Shown: positions 49,183 through 60,741 of the stretch, one piece after another
How positions within the stretch are numbered: the first letter of the stretch is position 1
How the letters are laid out: each line of letters starts with the position of its first letter
NCBI GenBank assembly: GCA_963776255.1
Contig: CAVZMB010000022.1
Span: forward strand, 1,789 to 65,788
Source of the DNA: an uncultured Actinomycetota bacterium
Lineage (GTDB): Bacteria; Actinomycetota; Actinomycetes; Mycobacteriales; Pseudonocardiaceae
DNA length: 64,000 nt
Direction: 5' to 3'
Position numbers and translations under genes: made by a program
The notes under the pieces: model-generated
The model's database searches: none
Seen by the model: the letters and a program-made list of their open reading frames with translations, nothing else
What the model was told of the DNA's origin: nothing

Positions 49183-50472
49183 CTACACCTTGATTTGCGA
49201 TTGTGGTGGTGGTTTTCGGCGTGGGGTTTGGCTGACATCTATCCATTTGGGCGGGGTGAATTCGGGTGCGCCGCGGCTCATGTTGACCGGCCATTCGGAG
49301 CCGTGGATGAGTCGGTGGTGGAATCGGCAGAGCATGACCAGGTTGTCGATGGCGGTGGGTCCGCCGTGTTGCCATTCGGATCACGTGGTGGGCGTCGCAC
49401 CAGCTCGGTGGGCGTCCGCAGCCGGGGAAGGCGCAGCCGCGGTCGCGGGCGGCGACGGCGCGGCGTAGGTGGCGGGGTACGACCCGGCTGGCCCGGCCGA
49501 TGTCCAGCGGTTGACCTGTCCCGTCGAGCACGACGGGGATGACACGGGCTTCGCAGGCCAGCATCCGCAGTTGGGTGGGGGTGAGCGGGCCGCCGTGGTC
49601 GAGCATGGCCGCGCCGCCCGCGGGTTTCCAGCTCGGCGAGCGGGACGGTCACTACCAGGTGTGGGCGTTGCCCACCGACCATGGGCAGGTCGGCGGCGTC
49701 GAGGCGTTGGCGGCACAGTTCGGCGAGTCCGTCGCCGCGGCGTTCGGCCAGGGGTCGCTGGTCTTCGGCGGTCGGTGTGGACAGCGCGTCGAGGGCGGTG
49801 CGTAGCGCGTCGAAGCTGGGCGCGTCGAACACTCCGGTGATGCCGCCCACCGGCGCCGCCCGGCCGGGTGGCCAGGTACAGCTCGTTGACCTGCGCCTCG
49901 TCGCCGTGGTCGGGTTCGGGGCCGTCCTGGTCCAGCGTGGTGATCAGGTCCCGGGCGAAGCCGGCCAGCTCGCGGGGCCGGTACTCCCGGGCCCGGGCGG
50001 CCAACTGCTGCTCCGCACCCGCCCACACCTCCGGGGTAGCCGCCCCGCCGCCGAGCCGCCCAGCGCGTCGGCGATCACCTCGACATGCCGCAGGCTGACC
50101 TCACCGGCGGCGAACACCACCGCGGTGTCGGTCAACCGCGCCGGCAGTACCTGCCCGTCCAGCGACACCCGCTCGCACGACCTGCTCGGCCACCCGCACC
50201 CGTCGGTTCGCCGCACCGAGGTCCCAGCCGAGCAGGTCGGCCACCGCATGGGCGGCGCGGTGGTAGCCGCGGTCGGTGAACACCCCATCCCGGTCCAACC
50301 CCGCGGTCAACTCGATCGACACCTGCTCCAACTGGCGAGTGACCTGCTCACACACCGCCAGGGCTTCGATCCGGGTGTTCGCATCGGCACGAGAATCGCT
50401 GGCGGCGCGCAACGCGGCCACACCATCGGCAATCGATTGGTGCGCTACTGCGAGCGGGCTGCCGTCCTGCAT
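49183..50472 (-). CDS. DUF222 (13E12-repeat) HNH endonuclease protein, many indels (possibly a pseudogene)
   Basis: RMLACEA, PLDIGRASR, RDRGCAFPGCGRPPSWCDAHH, NLVMLCRFHH. Confidence 0.85.
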
Positions 50473-50653
50473 GCCACCAATTATCCAGGCCGCACCGACA
50501 ATTCCCGGGCTTCACGCATTCACAATGGCACAGACTTTCCCTGAATAGTATGGTCGGCTATTCGACGCATCACCCAACGTCCCGACCGGGCAGGCCAATC
50601 AATCCGGAACCGACGACTCAACCGGCCCGTCCCGGCTTCTTTATGTGAGCTGC

Positions 50654-51301
50654 TTACAGCCGCTGCCGGAGGGCGACCAGCAGACCGTCGTCCAGCGGCA
50701 GCAGCACGGAGACCAGCGCGTCGTCCTCCCGGCACTGCCGCGCCACCTCGCGCAGCGCCGCCGCATCGACGTCGTCGGCTCCGGACTCAGGGTCTTTCAG
50801 GCTGACCCTGCCTCCGAGCAGCACGCCGTTCAGCGCCACCACGCCACCCGGGCGCAGCAGCCGGACCGCCTCGTCCAGGTACCGCGGGTAGTCCGCGCCC
50901 GCCGCATCGATGAACACCAGGTCGTAGGCCGCGTCCGCGAGCCGGGGCAGCACGTCCAGCGCCATGCCGTTGATCAGGCGCAGCTGCGGACCGGCGAAGC
51001 CGGCATCGGTGAACGCGGTGCGCGCGGCCCGCTGGCGCTCCGGTTCCGAGTCGATTGAGGTGAGCACGCCGTCCGGGGCCATCCCGCGGAGCAGCCACAC
51101 CCCGCTCACCCCGGTGCCCGTCCCGACCTCGACGACCGCCCTGGCGCCCACCGACGCCGCGAGGAACCGCAGCATCGCACCGGTGCCGGGGTCGACCGGC
51201 TGGCAGCCCAGCTCGGCGGCACTGCGGCGCGCGGCGAGGAGGGCGTCGTCCTCGGCGAGGTAGCCATGCGCGTACTCGCGTGCGGCGCGAGTCGTGCTCA
51301 C
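50654..51301 (-). CDS. O-methyltransferase (Rv1220c-like)
   Basis: [26 protein letters not shown]; divergent from sigE. Confidence 0.92.
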   Translation of the reverse strand: MSTTRAAREYAHGYLAEDDALLAARRSAAELGCQPVDPGTGAMLRFLAASVGARAVVEVGTGTGVSGVWLLRGMAPDGVLTSIDSEPERQRAARTAFTDAGFAGPQLRLINGMALDVLPRLADAAYDLVFIDAAGADYPRYLDEAVRLLRPGGVVALNGVLLGGRVSLKDPESGADDVDAAALREVARQCREDDALVSVLLPLDDGLLVALRQRL

Positions 51302-51374
51302 GGCTCGACCCGGGCGAACAGGTCTCGCGGGCTCATGTTCGGAGGTTACTGGCAAGACGTTTCTGAGCGTGGTT

Positions 51375-51402
51375 TCTCAGTGTGCTCTCAGCGAGATCTC
51401 AT
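51375..51402 (+). promoter_or_regulatory. MprA-type box upstream of sigE
   Basis: TCTCAG-TGTGC-TCTCAG-CGAGA-TCTCAT, three hexamers at an 11-bp period. Confidence 0.75.
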
Positions 51403-51500
51403 GCCCACCACACCGGTTTCGTGCACCCTTGGGTACTCGACAAACCAAGGCCGGCAGACAGCAGGCCCGGCGGACGCGACACGAGGAGGGCAGCCAGGAG

Positions 51501-52097
51501 ATGGCCGACCCTACCCGCATGGAAGTCGGTGCCGTGCTCGCCGACGACCCGACCGCGGCCTCGACCGCCGGTTGGTCGCCGCCGAGCTGGAACGACGTGG
51601 TCCGCGAGCACGCCGACCGGGTCTACCGGCTGGCCTACCGGCTGTCCGGAAACCCGCACGACGCTGAGGACCTCACCCAGGAGACGTTCATCCGGGTGTT
51701 CCGCTCGCTCGCCTCCTACAAGCCGGGAACCTTCGAGGGTTGGCTGCACCGCATCACCACAAACCTGTTCCTCGACATGGTGCGCAGCCGCTCCCGCATG
51801 CGGGTGGGCGCGCTGCCGCCCGACTCGGAACGGATTCCCGGGCGCGGTCCGGAGCCGGAGCAGGTCTACTCGGACACCCACCTGGACCCGCACCTGCAGG
51901 CCGCGCTCGACGAGCTGGCCCCGGAGTTCCGTGCCGCCGTGGTGCTCTGCGACGTGGAGGGCCTGTCCTACGAGGAGATCGGCGCCACCCTTGGGGTTAA
52001 GCTCGGTACGGTAAGGAGTCGGATCCATCGGGGGCGTGCCGCGCTGCGTGCGGCGCTGGCACGGCAGCGGGCGGAAGCCGGGAAGGGTGCGGGATGA
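51501..52097 (+). CDS. sigE: ECF sigma factor SigE
   Basis: [50 protein letters not shown]. Confidence 0.96.
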   Translation: MADPTRMEVGAVLADDPTAASTAGWSPPSWNDVVREHADRVYRLAYRLSGNPHDAEDLTQETFIRVFRSLASYKPGTFEGWLHRITTNLFLDMVRSRSRMRVGALPPDSERIPGRGPEPEQVYSDTHLDPHLQAALDELAPEFRAAVVLCDVEGLSYEEIGATLGVKLGTVRSRIHRGRAALRAALARQRAEAGKGAG

Positions 52098-52636
52098 CCG
52101 AAGGTCGGCGGCATCTACCGGGTCATTTCCCGGGGCCGGCGAACCGCGGTACCTCGTACTGGAATCCGGCCTCCTGGGGCCCCGGGCCATTCGGCGGATG
52201 GGGTGACGCCCACCTCGCACTCGACGCCATCGTCGCCTATGTCGACGACGAGCTGTCGACGACCGCTCGCGGCCGCGCGACCGAGCACCTGGCCCGCTGC
52301 CGCGACTGCGTCCGGGAGGTGAGCGCACAGCTGCAGGCCCGATCGGAGCTGCGTTCCGCGGTCGCCCCGACGTTGCCGGTGTCGCTGCTGGATTCACTTC
52401 GCGCCATCCCCGGGACCGCCGAGCTTCCACCGCCGCCGCCCGGGCTGGCGATGGGACCGAACGGCGAGCTGGTCTCGCTATTGCGGGACGTTCCCGACGC
52501 ATCGGCGGCGGGCGCATCGGGATCCGGACCGCGGCCACCGCGGGCGAGCCCGCCGTCGCGGCCGCTCGGCGGTTCGGCTGCCTGGTTCCGGTTCCTGCGG
52601 CAGAGTCCTGGGCCGGGGCCGGCCCAGCAGCGCTGA
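52094..52636 (+). CDS. rseA: Zinc-binding anti-sigma factor RseA
   Basis: HL...IVAYVDDEL...HLARCRDC; ATGA overlap with sigE. Confidence 0.88.
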   Translation: MTEGRRHLPGHFPGPANRGTSYWNPASWGPGPFGGWGDAHLALDAIVAYVDDELSTTARGRATEHLARCRDCVREVSAQLQARSELRSAVAPTLPVSLLDSLRAIPGTAELPPPPPGLAMGPNGELVSLLRDVPDASAAGASGSGPRPPRASPPSRPLGGSAAWFRFLRQSPGPGPAQQR

Positions 52637-52702
52637 CCGCTACGCCCACTTCACCCCTCGTCAACCAGGCTGAGTCGTCGTGAGATCCCGACTGGCGGCC
52701 CG

Positions 52703-54262
52703 ATGACCGACCAGGCAGACCCGGCGGCCCCGCTCGACCCGCGGCCGCCGGCCGGCGGGCCCGACGAACCGCCCCGGCTCGGCCCGCGTGGGCTGGACCG
52801 GCCCGCGGTAGACGCCTCCGAGGAGGAGTTCTTCGGCCGCCCGGCGGATGTGTCGGGGGCCTTCGCGCCGGATCCGGAGCGGGACTCAGGGCCGGACGAG
52901 CCACGCCGGCGATCGAAGGTCGCCGCGCCCCCGGACGTCGCGCTGGCCAGCGCGTTCGGCCGTCCGGCCGACGATCCGGCCACCCTGCAGCGCCCCCCGG
53001 ACCAGCGGCACGGCTCGGACGGCGGCCCGGGCGGTGTCGAGGCCGGGCCGTTCTGGGACGCCAGCGCGTCCGCCGACCCCTGGCGGGACCCGGGCACGAC
53101 AGCACGGCTCGGCCCGCCCGCGCTGAACGGCCGAGGGCGGGCCGGGGCGGTGCCCGAGGGGGCCAGGCTGTCCGCCAGGGAGGTGCTGTTCGGCCGGCGG
53201 GTGAAGCCGACCGCGCTGGCCGCGCTGGCCGCCGTCGCGGTGCTGGTCGGCGCGATCGGGGGGATCGTCGGCCGGGTGACGGCCGAGGGGGCCAACTCGC
53301 TGACCGATCCGGCCGCGACGATCGTCTCCGCGCAGGAGGGCAAGGAGCGCCCGCCGGGCTCGGTCGCCGACATCGCGGCTCGGGTCACCCCGGCCGTGGT
53401 GTCCATCGAGATCCGGGTGGGTCAGCAGGGCGGCGCCGGCTCCGGTGTGCTCATCGACCCCGCCGGATACCTGCTGACCAACAACCACGTGGTCGCGCTC
53501 GCCGCCGACAACTCGCAGGCGTCGATCGAGGCGATCTTCCACGACGGCAGCCGTGGTCCAGCGGCGATCGTGGGTCGGGATCCGAAGACCGACCTCGCGG
53601 TGCTCAAGGTGTCGGTGGCTAACCCGGTCGTGGCGAGCCTCGGCAAGTCGAGCGAGCTGGCGGTCGGGGACGGCGTGCTGGCCATCGGTTCGCCGCTCGG
53701 GCTTGCCAGCACCGTGACCGAGGGCATCGTCAGCGCGGTGGACCGCCCGGTACGCCTCGACGGGGACGGCAACGACAGCAGCGCGGTCATCGACGCGGTG
53801 CAGACCGACGCCGCGGTCAACCCGGGCAACTCCGGGGGCCCACTGGTGGACTCCACCGGAGCCGTGGTCGGCATCAACACCGCCATCCGCACCCTCGGCC
53901 AGGGCGAGGGCGGGTCGATCGGGCTGGGCTTCGCGATCCCGATCGACGACGCTCGGGTGATCGCCGAGTCGCTGATCCGCACCGGGGCGGTGAAGCACGC
54001 CGAGCTGGGGGTGAACGCCCGGTCGGTCACCGACGGCACCACCGACGGGGCACAGGTGCAGAACGTGCGGCCGAACAGCGCCGCTGCGACGGCGGGGATC
54101 GTCGAGGGCGACGTGATCGTCAAGCTGGCCGAGCGCAGCATCGGCAGCGCCGAGGAGCTGACCGTCGCGCAGCGCGAGCACCCGATCGGAACCGACGTGC
54201 TCATGGAGCTGATCCGGGAGGGCCGCCCGCTCGTGGTCACCGCGAAGCTGCAGTCCGACTAG
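52703..54262 (+). CDS. htrA: HtrA serine protease with PDZ domain
   Basis: TM, TNNHV, TDLAV, GNSGG, PDZ. Confidence 0.95.
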   Translation: MTDQADPAAPLDPRPPAGGPDEPPRLGPRGLDRPAVDASEEEFFGRPADVSGAFAPDPERDSGPDEPRRRSKVAAPPDVALASAFGRPADDPATLQRPPDQRHGSDGGPGGVEAGPFWDASASADPWRDPGTTARLGPPALNGRGRAGAVPEGARLSAREVLFGRRVKPTALAALAAVAVLVGAIGGIVGRVTAEGANSLTDPAATIVSAQEGKERPPGSVADIAARVTPAVVSIEIRVGQQGGAGSGVLIDPAGYLLTNNHVVALAADNSQASIEAIFHDGSRGPAAIVGRDPKTDLAVLKVSVANPVVASLGKSSELAVGDGVLAIGSPLGLASTVTEGIVSAVDRPVRLDGDGNDSSAVIDAVQTDAAVNPGNSGGPLVDSTGAVVGINTAIRTLGQGEGGSIGLGFAIPIDDARVIAESLIRTGAVKHAELGVNARSVTDGTTDGAQVQNVRPNSAAATAGIVEGDVIVKLAERSIGSAEELTVAQREHPIGTDVLMELIREGRPLVVTAKLQSD

Positions 54263-54321
54263 CGACCGAGCGCGGCGCCGGCAGCGCTCGCTGGGGGCCG
54301 CGACGCATACACTCGGCAACT

Positions 54322-54717
54322 GTGTTCGACAGCATCGGCTGGGGCGAGATCGTCGTTCTCGTCGTCGCCGGGCTGTTCATCCTGGGCCCCGAACGGCTGC
54401 CCGCCGCGGCGGCCTGGCTCGGCAAGGCGATCCGCCAGGTCCGTGAGTTCGCCTCCGGGGCGCGCGATCAGCTGCGCGACGAGCTCGGGCCGGAGTTCGA
54501 CGAGCTGCGTCAGCCGCTGAACGAGTTGCGCGGGCTGCGTGGCTTCGACCCACGCAGCGCGGTCCGGCGCACGCTGCTTGACGACGACCGTCCGAACCCA
54601 CCGGCGGGCGGCACTGTCAAGCCCAACGGCTACACGCCGAACCAGCCGAACGGCAGCCAGCCGGTGCGCCCACTGGCGTCCGGCGAGCGTCCGCCGATCG
54701 ACCCGGACGCCACCTAG
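54322..54717 (+). CDS. tatB: Twin-arginine translocase TatB
   Basis: [23 protein letters not shown]...DPDAT. Confidence 0.95.
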   Translation: MFDSIGWGEIVVLVVAGLFILGPERLPAAAAWLGKAIRQVREFASGARDQLRDELGPEFDELRQPLNELRGLRGFDPRSAVRRTLLDDDRPNPPAGGTVKPNGYTPNQPNGSQPVRPLASGERPPIDPDAT

Positions 54718-54871
54718 GCAGGCGGCCCGGCCGGTCCTGCCGGCGCACGCCGGCGCCAAACCCCAGGTCGTGGGGAGCATCCATCCCCCCATTCGGCTAC
54801 CTCCATTCGGGCGTGGTCGGACGGGCGAGCGCGGAGCTACCATCCGCGCACCCGCATTCTGGAGGGATCCC

Positions 54872-56198
54872 ATGGCGACCACGAACAGCCACCGGGCGCA
54901 GAACCCGATGCGGCGCATCGCGGTTGCGAGCCTGACCGGCACGACGATCGAGTTCTACGACTTCTTCATCTACGGCACGGCCGCGGCGCTGGTGTTCGGG
55001 AAGGTGTTCTTCCCGGCGCTCGGGGCGGCGGCGGGCACCGCCGCGGCGTTCGCCACCTTCGGCGTCGCGTTCGTCGCCCGACCGTTCGGGTCGGTCCTGT
55101 TCGGGCACTTCGGCGACCGGCTCGGCCGCAAGAGGACGCTCGTCGCGACGCTGCTGCTGATGGGTCTCGCCGACGGTCGCCATCGGCCTGCTGCCGGGCG
55201 CGGCGACGATCGGCGTGGCCGCGCCGATCCTGCTGGTCGTGCTGCGGCTCCTGCCAGGGCCTCGCGGTCGGCGGCGAATGGGCCGGCGCCACCCTGCTCA
55301 CCGCGGAGAACGCCCCGCCGGAGAAGCGCGGCCGGTACGCCATGTTCCCGCAGCTCGGTCCGTCGCTGGCGTTCGCGCTGGCCAGCGCTGACGTTCCTGA
55401 TCACCGGGCTGACCATGAGCCCCGGAGTCGTTCCTGGCCTGGGGCTGGCGGATCCCGTTCGTGCTCAGCATCGTGCTGGTGGCGGTCGGCCTCTACGTGC
55501 GGCTCCGGATCGACGAGACCCCGGTGTTCACGGCGGCGAAGGACCGCAACCAGGCGGCCCGGGTTCCGCTGTTCGAGGTGCTGACCAAGCAGCCCAGGGA
55601 GGTGCTGCTCACCGCTGGCGCGCTGACCATGCTGTTCGCGTTCTTCTACATCGGTGTCACGTACCTGACGAACTACGGGACTGCGACGTTGAAGCTGCCG
55701 TGCGCCGACAGTGCCTCGGCATCGGCGTGCTCGCCGGGCTGTGCTTCGCGGCCACCACGATCCTGTCCGCGATACTGTCGGACCGGATCGGGCGGCGGAA
55801 CATCATCATCTGGTCGACCGCCGCCGCGCTGGTGTGGTCGCTGGTGCTGTTCCCGCTCCTCGACATCGGCGACCCGGTGCTGTTCGCGGTCGGGCTCTGC
55901 GTCACGCTGGCGATCGTCGGTGTCGCCTACGGCCCGGCGGGTGCCTACCTGCCCGGAGATGTTCGCCACCCGGTACCGCTACACCGGCGCCGGCATGGGC
56001 TACAACCTGGCCGGTGTGCTCGGCGGTGCCGTCCCGCCGCTGCTGGCGACCCAGCTGGCCGCGTCGTTCGGCAGCTACGCGATCGGCGTCTACCTGGCCG
56101 CGATGGCGCTGCTCAGCCTGGTCTGTGTGCTCGCCTTGCGGGAGACCAAGGGCCTGGCCATCGACGAGGGCGCGCCGGTGGCCGCCACACCTGGCTAA
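54872..56198 (+). CDS. MFS transporter, MHS family (several indels)
   Basis: GTTIEFYDFFIYG, GDRLGRK, GGEW, WGWRIPF, RYTGAG. Confidence 0.9.
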
Positions 56199-57346
56199 CG
56201 ACCGTTGGGCGTGATGCCCAGCGGCATGCCGAGCAGGCCGCGGGCCCGGGTGGACAGCCGGTCCGACACCGAGCGCAGCGCCTGCGCGGCGGCCGAGTCC
56301 GGCGCCGAGAGCACCAGCGGGGTGCCGGCGTCGCCCGACTCGCGCAGCGCGGGGTCCAGTGGGATCCGGCCGAGCAGCGGCACGTCGGCGCCCACCGCCC
56401 GGGTCAGCGCGTCCGAGACCGCCTGCCCGCCACCGGTGCCGAAGACCTCCATCCGCTGGCCGTCCGGCAGCTCGAGCCAGGACATGTTCTCCACCACGCC
56501 GACCAGCCGTTGGCGGGTCTGCAGCGCGATCGACCCGGCCCGCTCGGCGACCTCGGCGGCCGCCAGCTGCGGCGTGGTGACCACCAGGATCTCCGCGTTC
56601 GGGATCAGCTGTGCGGTGGAGATCGCGATGTCCCCGGTGCCGGGCGGCAGGTCGAGCAGCAGCACGTCCAGGTCGCCCCAGAACACGTCGGCGAGGAACT
56701 GCTGCAGCGCGCGGTGCAGCATCGGGCCGCGCCAGACCACCGCGTCGTTGCCCGGGGTGAACATCCCGATCGAGATGACCTTCACGCCGTGCGCCTGCGG
56801 CGGCATGATCATTCTCTCGACCTTGGTCGGGCGGTCGGTGGTGCCCAGCATGCGGGGGATCGAGTGGCCGTAGATGTCGGCGTCGACAACGCCGACGTGC
56901 ATGCCCACGGGCGGCCATGCGCGGCGGCGAGGTTCACGGTCACGCTGGACTTGCCGACCCCGCCCTTGCCGGACGCGACGCAGTACACCCTGGTCAGCGA
57001 GCCCGGCTCGGCGAACGGGATCACCGGGTCGGCGGAGTCCCCGCGTAGCTGGCGGCGCAAGCGCGGTGCGCTGATCGTCGCTCATCACGTCCAGCTCGAC
57101 CCGCACCCCGGACACCCCGGGCACGGCGGCGACCGCGTTCGTCACCCGCTGCGTGATCGTCTCCCGCATCGGGCAGCCGGCGACGGTCAGCCAGATCGCG
57201 ACCGAGACGGTGCCGTCCGAGTCGACCTCGACCGTCTTGACCATGCCGAGGTCGGTGATCGGTTTGTGGATCTCCGGATCCTCGACGGTGGCCAGCGCGG
57301 CCCGGACGTCCTCGGTGGCGGGGAAAGCGACACTCACCCGGTCCAT
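56195..57346 (-). CDS. mrp: Mrp/ApbC Fe-S cluster carrier ATPase (compensating indels)
   Basis: DPEIHKPIT, GCPM, SGKGGVGKS (adjacent frame), WRGPM, DLPPGTGD, VVENMS. Confidence 0.93.
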   Translation of the reverse strand: MDRVSVAFPATEDVRAALATVEDPEIHKPITDLGMVKTVEVDSDGTVSVAIWLTVAGCPMRETITQRVTNAVAAVPGVSGVRVELDVMSDDQRTALAPPATRGLRRPGDPVRRAGLADQGVLRRVRQGRGRQVQRDREPRRRAWPPVGMHVGVVDADIYGHSIPRMLGTTDRPTKVERMIMPPQAHGVKVISIGMFTPGNDAVVWRGPMLHRALQQFLADVFWGDLDVLLLDLPPGTGDIAISTAQLIPNAEILVVTTPQLAAAEVAERAGSIALQTRQRLVGVVENMSWLELPDGQRMEVFGTGGGQAVSDALTRAVGADVPLLGRIPLDPALRESGDAGTPLVLSAPDSAAAQALRSVSDRLSTRARGLLGMPLGITPNGR

Positions 57347-57487
57347 GCTACGTCTCCGAGCTCCGGCCCGAGCAGCGTGGCATCAGCGGGGCGGCCACGG
57401 GACGTGCACGAGCCGAGAGTTGGATTGGACCGTCTGGGGGATAGCGCGTCCCGCGCACTCGCCCGCTCGGCCGGTATCCGTAGCATC

Positions 57488-57988
57488 GTGATCGTGTCCC
57501 AGGCTCCACCGGTCTCTCGTTCCCCGGGCCGGCGCCCGACTGACGGGCGACCACCGGTCGTTCCTACCCCCGAGCAGATGGTCGCCTGGCGGGCGTTCCT
57601 CCGGTCTCATGCGGCGGTCACCAAGGCGCTGGAGGCGGAGCTGATCGCCGGGCAGCGGCTTTCCCTGGCCTCCTATGACGTCCTGGTGCAGCTCGCCGAG
57701 GCACCCGACCGGCGGCTGCGGATGACCGAGCTGGCCGACGCGGTGCTGCTGTCCCGCTCCGGGGTGACCCGGCTGGTCGACCGCCTGGAACGGGTCGGGC
57801 TGGTCGCCCGCTGCCCGGTCGCCGAGGACGGCAGGGGCGTCGCGGCGAGCCTGACCCAGAAGGGCGTGGACCGGTTGCGCGCCGCGTCGCGTACCCACCT
57901 GGCCGGCGTGGTCCGGCACTTCGCCGACCGGTTGGAACCCGAGGACCTCGCCGCGCTGGTCCGCATCGCCGGCCGCCTCGAAGCCTGA
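57488..57988 (+). CDS. MarR-family regulator
   Basis: AWRAFLRSH, YDVLVQL, LRMTELA...SRSGVTRLVDRLE, EDGRG. Confidence 0.92.
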   Translation: MIVSQAPPVSRSPGRRPTDGRPPVVPTPEQMVAWRAFLRSHAAVTKALEAELIAGQRLSLASYDVLVQLAEAPDRRLRMTELADAVLLSRSGVTRLVDRLERVGLVARCPVAEDGRGVAASLTQKGVDRLRAASRTHLAGVVRHFADRLEPEDLAALVRIAGRLEA

Positions 57989-58014
57989 CGCGCGCTGACC
58001 CGGCCGAACCCCTG

Positions 58015-58527
58015 CTACTGCCGACGCGCGCCGTCGCCGACCGTTGCGCTGGAGCGGGGTTGTTGCTCCAGCCGGTCGGCGAGCCGGTCCAGCTCACCGC
58101 GCAGGTACTCCCGGGACGTCGTCTCGCCCACCGCCTGCCGCAGCGCGGCAAGCTCGCGGGCCAGGTACTCGGTGTCGGCCTTGGTGCGCTCGGCGCGGGC
58201 CCGGTCCTCCTCGAGGGACAGTCGGTCGCGGTCGTCCTGCCGGTTCTGGGCGAGCAGGATCAACGGTGCGGCGTAGGCGGCCTGGGTGGAGAACACCAGG
58301 TTCAGCAGGATGAACGGGTAGGGGTCCCAGCGCAGGTTCACCGCGACGATGTTCACGGTGATCCAGATGACGACGACCACGGTCTGGATGGCCAGGAAGC
58401 GCCCGGTGCCGATGAACCGCGCGATCCGTTCGGCGAACTCCGCGAACGCCTCCGGGTCGACGTCCACCCGCGGTGACCGGGCGGACCGCGGCTGGTCCAG
58501 CCGGCGGCCCTGGGTCAGCTCAGCCAT
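58015..58527 (-). CDS. DUF1003 membrane protein
   Basis: WDPYPFILLNLVFSTQAAYAAPLILLAQNRQ. Confidence 0.93.
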   Translation of the reverse strand: MAELTQGRRLDQPRSARSPRVDVDPEAFAEFAERIARFIGTGRFLAIQTVVVVIWITVNIVAVNLRWDPYPFILLNLVFSTQAAYAAPLILLAQNRQDDRDRLSLEEDRARAERTKADTEYLARELAALRQAVGETTSREYLRGELDRLADRLEQQPRSSATVGDGARRQ

Positions 58528-58550
58528 TGCGTCCCCTTTCCTCGGCCCGC

Positions 58551-59816
58551 TCACGCGCCGGCCGCGTCCTCCTCGCTGAGCTGGTCCCGCCAGCCGGCCG
58601 GCAGCAGGTGGTCCAGCACGTCGTCAACCGTGACCACGCCGAGCAGGTGGTCCTCGTCGTCGACCACCGGGCCGCAGACGAGGTTGTACGCGGCGAAGTA
58701 CCGGGTGACCTCTTCGAGTGTGGCGTCCGGGGCCAGTCTCGGCAGGTCGGTGTCCAGCACGGCGGCCACCAGCGTCGCCGGCGGCTCGCGCAGCAGCCGC
58801 TGCATGTGTGCGCAGCCCAGGTAGCGGCCGGTCGGCGTCGCTGTCGGTGGACGGCTGGAGAACACCATGCTGGCCAGCGCCGGAGTCAGGTCCGGGTTCC
58901 GGATCCGGGCGAGCGCCTCGGCGACCGTCGCGTCCGGGCGCAGCACGATCGGCTCGGGGGTCATCAGCCCGCCTGCGCTGTCCGCTGGGTAGTTCAGCAG
59001 CCGTCGAACCGGCGCGGACTCCGTCGGCTCCATCCGTTCCAGCAGCCGCTCGGACTCCGCGGCCGGGAGCTGGCCGAGCAGGTCCGCGGCGTCGTCGGGG
59101 TCCATCGCCTCCAGCACGGCGGCGGCGCGGTCGGTGTCCAGGTGCGCGAGCAGCGGCGGTTGGTCAGCCTCGGACAGCTCCTCGAACACGTCCGCCAGCC
59201 GCTCGTCGTCCAGCGCGTCGGCCACCTCGAACCGCCGCTTCTCCGGCAGCTCGTGCAGCGCGGCGGCGACGTCGGTGGCGCGCATCGTGTCGAACACGGC
59301 GAGCAGCCGCTCGGTACCCTGGCCGTCCGCGGTCCGGGTCGATGCGCTCAGCCCCTCGACCTCCGACCAGGGCAGCACCTGGAGCTGGCCGCGGCGGCTC
59401 AGCCGGCCGCGCCGCTCCCGGACGGCCAGCTTGCTGATCACCCAGTCCCGGGAGCGGGTCGGTTCGATCGCCGCGTCGACCACCACCGCGTCGGTGTCGG
59501 TCTCGGCGATCCGCACGTGCGCGTCCAGCAGCTCGCCGATCACCAGCGTCTCGTTCGGTCGCTGGGCGTACCGGCGGAGGTTGACCATCCCGGTGCTCAG
59601 GGTCACCGCGCTCGGTTCGATCGCCACGACCTGCAGCATCGGGACGAAGATCCGCCGCCGGCTGGCCAGCTCCACGACCAGCCCGAACACCCGGGGCGGC
59701 CGATCGTCCGACCGGACCGCGGCGACCATGTCGCGGATCTTGCCGATCCGTTCGCCGTCCGGGCCGAACACCGCGATGCCGCTCAGCTGCGCGACGAAGA
59801 CCCAGGTGGCTGCCAC
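58551..59816 (-). CDS. PRC / MgtE N-terminal / CBS domain protein
   Basis: MDPDDAADLL, SAGGLMTPEP, GVVTVDDVLDHLLP. Confidence 0.92.
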   Translation of the reverse strand: MAATWVFVAQLSGIAVFGPDGERIGKIRDMVAAVRSDDRPPRVFGLVVELASRRRIFVPMLQVVAIEPSAVTLSTGMVNLRRYAQRPNETLVIGELLDAHVRIAETDTDAVVVDAAIEPTRSRDWVISKLAVRERRGRLSRRGQLQVLPWSEVEGLSASTRTADGQGTERLLAVFDTMRATDVAAALHELPEKRRFEVADALDDERLADVFEELSEADQPPLLAHLDTDRAAAVLEAMDPDDAADLLGQLPAAESERLLERMEPTESAPVRRLLNYPADSAGGLMTPEPIVLRPDATVAEALARIRNPDLTPALASMVFSSRPPTATPTGRYLGCAHMQRLLREPPATLVAAVLDTDLPRLAPDATLEEVTRYFAAYNLVCGPVVDDEDHLLGVVTVDDVLDHLLPAGWRDQLSEEDAAGA

Positions 59817-59836
59817 CCGAGCAGGCTAGTGTCCGG

Positions 59837-60622
59837 TCAGAACGGCGTCGGGATCCAGTTCATCCCCTCGATCGGCGGACGCTTGTAGCCGCCGTCGTCC
59901 TGACGGGGCGGCATCTCGATCGCATCGTGCTGCACCTGCTGGTAGTCCACCTGCGAGAGCAGGTGGCTGATGCAGTTCAGCCGTGCCCGGCGCTTGTTGT
60001 CGGCGTCCACCTCCCACCACGGGGAGTCCGGGGTCGAGGTGTACTCGATCATGATGTCCTTCGCCCGGGAGTAGTCCACCCAGTGCCGGCGCGACTCGAC
60101 GTCCATCGCGGACAACTTCCACCGCCGCGCGGGGTCGGTCAGCCGGGACTTGAACCGCCGCTCCTGCTCCGCGTCGCTCACCGAGAACCAGTACTTGACC
60201 AGCTGGATGCCCGACCGGATCAGCATCCGCTCGAAGTCCGGGGCGGTGCGCAGGAAGTCCCAGTACTCGGCGTCGGTGCAGAAGCCCATCACGCGCTCCA
60301 CGCCGGCGCGGTTGTACCAGGACCGGTCGAACACGACCATCTCGCCGCCGGCCGGCAGCTGCGCGACGTAGCGCTGGAAGTACCACTGGGTGCGCTCCCG
60401 CTCGGTCGGCGCGGGCAGCGCGGCGACCCGGCAGTACCGCGGGTTCAGTGGGTCGACGATGCGCTTGATCGTGCCGCCCTTGCCAGCCGCGTCCCGGCCC
60501 TCGAACAGCACGATGAGCCTGTGGTCGCTCTTGCGGATCCAGTCCAGCATGTGCACCAGCTCGACCTGCAGTCGCGCCAGCTCCGTCTCGAAGTCCTTCC
60601 TCGGGAGAGTCTTGGCTGTCAC
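59837..60622 (-). CDS. ppk2: Polyphosphate kinase 2
   Basis: FEGRDAAGKGGTIK, WYFQRY, DRSWYNRAGVERVMGF. Confidence 0.96.
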   Translation of the reverse strand: MTAKTLPRKDFETELARLQVELVHMLDWIRKSDHRLIVLFEGRDAAGKGGTIKRIVDPLNPRYCRVAALPAPTERERTQWYFQRYVAQLPAGGEMVVFDRSWYNRAGVERVMGFCTDAEYWDFLRTAPDFERMLIRSGIQLVKYWFSVSDAEQERRFKSRLTDPARRWKLSAMDVESRRHWVDYSRAKDIMIEYTSTPDSPWWEVDADNKRRARLNCISHLLSQVDYQQVQHDAIEMPPRQDDGGYKRPPIEGMNWIPTPF

Positions 60623-60741
60623 TGATCCTCCTGAACGACACACGTCACACTCGGGTGGGCTACCACGGTCGCGCACCGACGCCCCGCGCTCAACTCGGGG
60701 ATCAGGAGATACTTGCTGGAACCGAACCCAGGAGGAAGCGC

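Noticed and set aside
54539-57988. 1149-aa ORF in the track
   Set aside because: A chimera of MFS frame fragments, antisense mrp and the MarR gene, produced by indels and high GC.
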